From a virus, in the IMG/VR virus record IMGVR_UViG_3300034101_002201, positions 32,348-96,347 of that record: a DNA stretch of 64,000 bases; one strand, given 5' to 3'. Numbering within the stretch: position 1 is the first letter of the stretch; each line of letters opens with the position of its first letter. The position numbers and the translations under genes were made by a program. Below the pieces are notes generated by a model. It was not told where the DNA came from, made no database searches, and saw only the letters and a list, made by a program, of their open reading frames with translations. Shown in pieces: positions 59,834-64,000 of this stretch.

Positions 59834-59861
59834 GTAGAAAATTCTCACAAGCGGGAGTCAT
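59809..59861 (-). promoter_or_regulatory. long RNA hairpin covering the start of the gene after the tail tube
   Basis: Perfect inverted repeat ACTCCCGCT (59812-59820) / AGCGGGAGT (59850-59858), extendable to about 17 bp with G-U pairs on the - strand. Confidence 0.6.
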
Positions 59862-59897
59862 GTTTTGTATCCTTGAAAGTCCTAAATTATTATTTAA

Positions 59898-61067
59898 CTA
59901 TGCTTGAATTACACCAGTGATAGCTGGTTTGTAATCTTCAAAATCATCAGCATCGGCGGGATCCTTTAGCTGAGTAACATATAAGGAATTATATGTACTA
60001 TAACTATATGTTGTAGTTACATTACCACCACCAGCATCACCACCGGTATAATTAACTGATGCTAATCTATTTTTCCCGCCTAAATTGAACATTGTGCCAT
60101 CATGCATTCTAATTAAAATTCGCTCCTGTGCGCTATTGTTACCAACATTGATAGTATTAGCATATTCTGGTCTACCGTCTTCATAAGCACTTACGAAGTC
60201 GCCAGATGTTGATAAAACTTCAAATTCGCAAGTAACTTCTACTGGGAAATTAGCAAATCTATAATATGGTGTTTTTCTTCCAAGTTCTTGAATACTATCT
60301 CGCCCTAAATCGGTACTAATTGTACAAGTTTGTACGTGTACTCTCGGGGTGCTTGCTGCACTATTCCAACCGTTCCCAGCTGATGAACCATTAACACCCT
60401 GTATGGAAACTGGTAGAATTGAATTTTTTATATCTACATTTTCTCTTCTTTGAACGCCACCATATGGTGTTCCAGCGGTTAAATTTGCTGGCACATCTCC
60501 CTCAAACTTATCAGCTAAAGTCGAGCTAAACTTTGATCCGGGTGTATTCCAGACCTTACTGTTACCAACTAATGTTACTGATTCTGTGCAGTTTCCATCT
60601 ACTGGTAAAGTATAGCTTATACTGCTTACATACATACCAGACATGAATACTTCAATAGGAGCAGCAGAAGCCGCGCCACCAACGTTATCATACGAGTCAT
60701 TAAAAATACCAAGAATTACATTAGCTCTTTCTTTAGATCTTGCAACAAGCGAAGATCTTTCGCTAGTATCAGATACTGAGTCTTTTACTCCGCTAGTTGC
60801 TAAATGATAAACTAGTGGATAACCATCAAGAACTTTTTCTAATGTAACTTCAATTTCTGGTAAACCTTCTATATTTTCATAGATTTCTACTTGACCCAAT
60901 TCGAAAACTTGTTCTAGATTAAAAGATGTATTTACACCTACGGTTTGAACACCGTGTACTTCGGAAACACCTCTTACTTGAAGTACGCCATTGACGTCAG
61001 CGTATAATGGCTCAATTGCTACGGCCTGACAGGCGTAGAAGATTCTATTATTAGGGGTAGCGGGCAT
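59898..61067 (-). CDS. major tail tube protein
   Basis: 389 aa, acidic and beta-rich; LEQVFELG and DSIQELG tube-like motifs; AGGAG RBS; position before chaperones and TMP. Confidence 0.75.
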   Translation of the reverse strand: MPATPNNRIFYACQAVAIEPLYADVNGVLQVRGVSEVHGVQTVGVNTSFNLEQVFELGQVEIYENIEGLPEIEVTLEKVLDGYPLVYHLATSGVKDSVSDTSERSSLVARSKERANVILGIFNDSYDNVGGAASAAPIEVFMSGMYVSSISYTLPVDGNCTESVTLVGNSKVWNTPGSKFSSTLADKFEGDVPANLTAGTPYGGVQRRENVDIKNSILPVSIQGVNGSSAGNGWNSAASTPRVHVQTCTISTDLGRDSIQELGRKTPYYRFANFPVEVTCEFEVLSTSGDFVSAYEDGRPEYANTINVGNNSAQERILIRMHDGTMFNLGGKNRLASVNYTGGDAGGGNVTTTYSYSTYNSLYVTQLKDPADADDFEDYKPAITGVIQA

Positions 61068-61102
61068 AATTCTCTCCTATTTTAAGTTGGAAGCTCTAGT
61101 TA

Positions 61103-61111
61103 ATTATACAC
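61103..61111 (-). promoter_or_regulatory. GTGTATAAT putative late-promoter motif
   Basis: Intergenic, about 36 nt upstream of the tail tube ATG. Confidence 0.5.
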
Positions 61112-61116
61112 TAAAA

Positions 61117-62094
61117 TTATATTGTAGTATCTATTGTTTCTGTTGTTAAGCGTACTATTCCGGCGAAAAAACTATTACTAATTACTTTCATACTTTGTAA
61201 ATTAGCATTTTTAAATCTCAGTTGTCCTCTTCTGTAATAATTTTCTATTAAATCTGGATATCTTAATGCTCCAGATACCGGAAATCCTTTATAATCTAAC
61301 GGAAATGCTCCGCTTTGGGATATTTTGTTGCTATCAAACATATATATAGTTTTTTCATTTTGTAAGGATATTATATCTGTTAGTTTGTTTCTGGTATATT
61401 CGTCTTCTGCGAAACAGTGGAATAAGACATCTGTTTCGACATATTGACCACCACCAAGTTGATATGGCCTCAAACTACGCCTAGGAACTATTTCAACAGC
61501 TATAGCTGGAAGTTGAACTCTAACTTCAGCTGGAATATCGTATTTACCCTTGTTCAAAATATTAAAACTACTGTCTAAATTCAGAGAAGAGTATTGCACT
61601 TCTGACAACCAAGGTAAACTATTAGCATATATTACATTGATATATTTATAACTATATTCTGCTTTTACAATACTTCCAGTTGGTATTGGGTTATTAAAAA
61701 TAATACGACCATTATAATAATCAACTTTATGTGCATATGTACCAGCCGTTGTAGACGGATAGAATGTACCATTGACATAAACACCAGATATGCCGGGTAT
61801 GGTATTGTTAGAGCCAACAATTGGAGAGGGGTTATAGGAAACGCCGCTTTGCCATACCCAATTTTTTCTAAAACCCTCCCAAGCCTTACCACTAGGAAAT
61901 GCTGGACTAGAAGAAGGTCTAAGTTTACTATAGTCTTGACTATCTGGAGATAGCTCATTGAGAGTAACATTCATATAGTTACCCTTCTCAAGCAATGACC
62001 AATCTAAAAATTCAATAAGATTATCTTGTATTTCATTATTTAGCGTAGAATCAAATACGCTATTAAAACCTTTAAGATTTAGATGATTGCTCAT
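61117..62094 (-). CDS. putative tail terminator/completion protein
   Basis: LPAIAVE...YQLGGG...DVLFHCFAE; directly upstream of the tube gene. Confidence 0.55.
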   Translation of the reverse strand: MSNHLNLKGFNSVFDSTLNNEIQDNLIEFLDWSLLEKGNYMNVTLNELSPDSQDYSKLRPSSSPAFPSGKAWEGFRKNWVWQSGVSYNPSPIVGSNNTIPGISGVYVNGTFYPSTTAGTYAHKVDYYNGRIIFNNPIPTGSIVKAEYSYKYINVIYANSLPWLSEVQYSSLNLDSSFNILNKGKYDIPAEVRVQLPAIAVEIVPRRSLRPYQLGGGQYVETDVLFHCFAEDEYTRNKLTDIISLQNEKTIYMFDSNKISQSGAFPLDYKGFPVSGALRYPDLIENYYRRGQLRFKNANLQSMKVISNSFFAGIVRLTTETIDTTI

Positions 62095-62735
62095 GGGCCA
62101 CCTAAAATATTTTGAAAGATAGATGCTATAGCTTTTTCTTGTTCTTGACCCAACAAAGATCTAGTAATAAAGTTATTATCAGATGTTCCAGAAAATTGAG
62201 GTGGTATTCTAAAACTTCCGCCCTTGACCATGTTTCCTAATCTAGATCTTCCGATTCCATTTTTAGGATTATATTCATAACCAACTATTATCACTTCGTC
62301 GCCGCGAGTCAATAGCCAATTAAGCCAGTGTAAATCTCCAGAAAAATTTAGATCTCTGTAAACTGTGTGACCTTCTGGTAAAGATAATAAGTTTTGAAAG
62401 TCTGATGGCTGAATATACAATTCCAAGCCGCCGTTTTTCAGTTTCTTATCATATTTCTTAATAGACATTGTTGTAGAATTGACTACTGATTGTATAATGG
62501 CATTTATTATAGAACTTGCACTTATAGTAATTCCAAATTGACCAATAAGATTTCCAGAGTTGAGTGCTTGTATTTCTGGTTGTGAATTTATCCATTGTGG
62601 AATTAGTTTTTTAACTTCGTCTAAAATTTTGGATGAACTCTTGATTAATGCACTATTTAATTTTTCAGATAGTGCTTCATTTATTTTTTTCTCTATTTCG
62701 TCTACTGAGTCAATTAGTTTTAATGATATTGTCAT
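62091..62735 (-). CDS. putative neck/tail completion protein
   Basis: LHWLNWLL, NFITRSL C-terminus; synteny; ATG at 62735 gives an ATGA overlap. Confidence 0.5.
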   Translation of the reverse strand: MTISLKLIDSVDEIEKKINEALSEKLNSALIKSSSKILDEVKKLIPQWINSQPEIQALNSGNLIGQFGITISASSIINAIIQSVVNSTTMSIKKYDKKLKNGGLELYIQPSDFQNLLSLPEGHTVYRDLNFSGDLHWLNWLLTRGDEVIIVGYEYNPKNGIGRSRLGNMVKGGSFRIPPQFSGTSDNNFITRSLLGQEQEKAIASIFQNILGGP

Positions 62736-63214
62736 GCTCTTATCCACAAGCAGGAGAAATATCTATTTTGTCTAAGACCCATTGGTATATGTTCACCAAA
62801 TCTTTCGAACTTCATTTCTTTGTAGTCTTTGATATCTTTGTGTACAATCAAAAACTTAGATTTTAATATGAGTGGTAAATCTTTCATCATGCCTATTGTC
62901 TGAATGCCGTTGTTTGGTACTTGAATGCCATTAGTAACATTGATCCATTCTTTTGGATTCCAATAAACTTTTAATTTAATGTCTACTAACTTTTCAACAT
63001 CCCTAATTATTTTATTTCCACGCTCATAATCGCCCTCTCGCAATCTATGAACATTTATAGAATTTTTTTCTGGAATATTATTATTTGGAGTATAAACTAT
63101 TTCTTCTACTTGATCAACCATTACAAGCTGACACATGACCCCGAAAATGTCGAATGTAGAATCTATGACATCAAAATATTTATCAAATACACTTTCTGGT
63201 ACATTTACTGGCAT
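62732..63214 (-). CDS. putative head-tail joining (head closure) protein
   Basis: 160 aa, first of the neck genes; synteny only. Confidence 0.45.
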   Translation of the reverse strand: MPVNVPESVFDKYFDVIDSTFDIFGVMCQLVMVDQVEEIVYTPNNNIPEKNSINVHRLREGDYERGNKIIRDVEKLVDIKLKVYWNPKEWINVTNGIQVPNNGIQTIGMMKDLPLILKSKFLIVHKDIKDYKEMKFERFGEHIPMGLRQNRYFSCLWIRA

Positions 63215-63221
63215 GTTTCAC

Positions 63222-63734
63222 CTATATAGATATGTTTATAGCTTCTACTTCTTCTTCGCTCTGAGATTCTAATATAAATTTTTTAATAGTAGCATAACTA
63301 TTGCTCATGGTAGCTCGGGCTTGACCATACTGTAACATCAAAACTGTTAACTGCTGCAAAGATAATGGATGAGAATTACCCTCTAAATCTACTATAGAAA
63401 CAGGATCATTCATGCCAATTAAGGACGCCTCTTTCGCTAACGTGAATGCTCCACTTAGCAAAGCAACGTCAGATATATCTATTCCAAGGCGGTATCCATC
63501 TGGAGTTTGCCAGCCAGTTTTAAGTTTTACTTTCCAAGACTCGTCTAATAGATTAATTTTTTCTAACTTCGCCTTATCAAGAGGCCACGCATCTATAATA
63601 TTACTAATTTGCAACAGTTGAGATTCGGATGGAGTATTATTTTCCAAATACTCTAGATCAATAGTAGAATTTCTTTCCACTATAGCTTTGATAGGTATAA
63701 TATCTTGCAGTTTTTTTAGTAAAATATTTAACAT
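63222..63734 (-). CDS. DUF4376-like tail fibre assembly protein
   Basis: AKLEKI...GW...DLEGNSHPLSLQQL pattern; follows a fibre-like gene. Confidence 0.6.
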   Translation of the reverse strand: MLNILLKKLQDIIPIKAIVERNSTIDLEYLENNTPSESQLLQISNIIDAWPLDKAKLEKINLLDESWKVKLKTGWQTPDGYRLGIDISDVALLSGAFTLAKEASLIGMNDPVSIVDLEGNSHPLSLQQLTVLMLQYGQARATMSNSYATIKKFILESQSEEEVEAINISI

Positions 63735-64000
63735 TCGTATGTACCCATGATTCCATAATTTCCAAGTAACCTGTTTCCATAAATTATCGGTGTGCCGAAC
63801 GTTGCTTTTTCTATTCCGTAGAATTTTTCATAACCAACTGGCTTACAATAAATAGAAGCAGATAGTGTTTTTTTAGTACCATCTTGACTGTCGCCGGAAA
63901 GCATATCGGTAGTAACTAAACCGGTAGTATTTGACAACACAACGCTAGAGTAATTGTAAAAATAAGCATCATTATCTATATAGTATAATATATCATCATA
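63728..64000 (-). CDS. C-terminal part of a probable tail fibre protein (truncated by the window)
   Basis: Frame is open from 64000 (YDDILYY...) to the stop at 63728; upstream of a DUF4376-like gene. Confidence 0.5.
   Translation of the reverse strand, partial: YDDILYYIDNDAYFYNYSSVVLSNTTGLVTTDMLSGDSQDGTKKTLSASIYCKPVGYEKFYGIEKATFGTPIIYGNRLLGNYGIMGTYEC

Overview
An AT-rich, densely coding 64-kb segment of a large tailed dsDNA bacteriophage, read in standard code 11. It is probably siphovirus-like: there is a long tape measure protein and no sheath gene in the window. Two convergent blocks meet at an intrinsic terminator near 27.19 kb. The + strand (1-27171) carries replication and recombination genes: RecA, DnaB, DnaG, dNMP kinase, a Cas4/RecB-like nuclease, a DNA polymerase III alpha split into two genes without an intein (with FkbM and DnaQ genes between the halves), SSB and a Rad52/Sak-like annealase. 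A cluster of about 13 glycosyltransferase/methyltransferase genes is embedded in this block. The - strand (27203-64000) carries neck and tail genes: tail tube, paralogous tail chaperones, a 2374-aa tape measure protein (TMP), a 3955-aa FG-GAP/LamG protein and tail-tip proteins. The most striking feature is the TMP, which carries two internal enzyme-like cargo domains, one PD-(D/E)XK nuclease-like and one ADP-ribosyltransferase-like. They are bracketed by repeated (F/Y/M)AxGG and DTVPAMLxPGEFV modules, suggesting an injected, cassette-exchangeable effector system. Other signals are apparent CCWGG avoidance, a recurring GTGTATAAT promoter-like motif, and a long hairpin burying a start codon after the tail tube gene. 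I recognised no tRNA, rRNA or CRISPR array. All calls come from motif recognition by eye; no searches were run.
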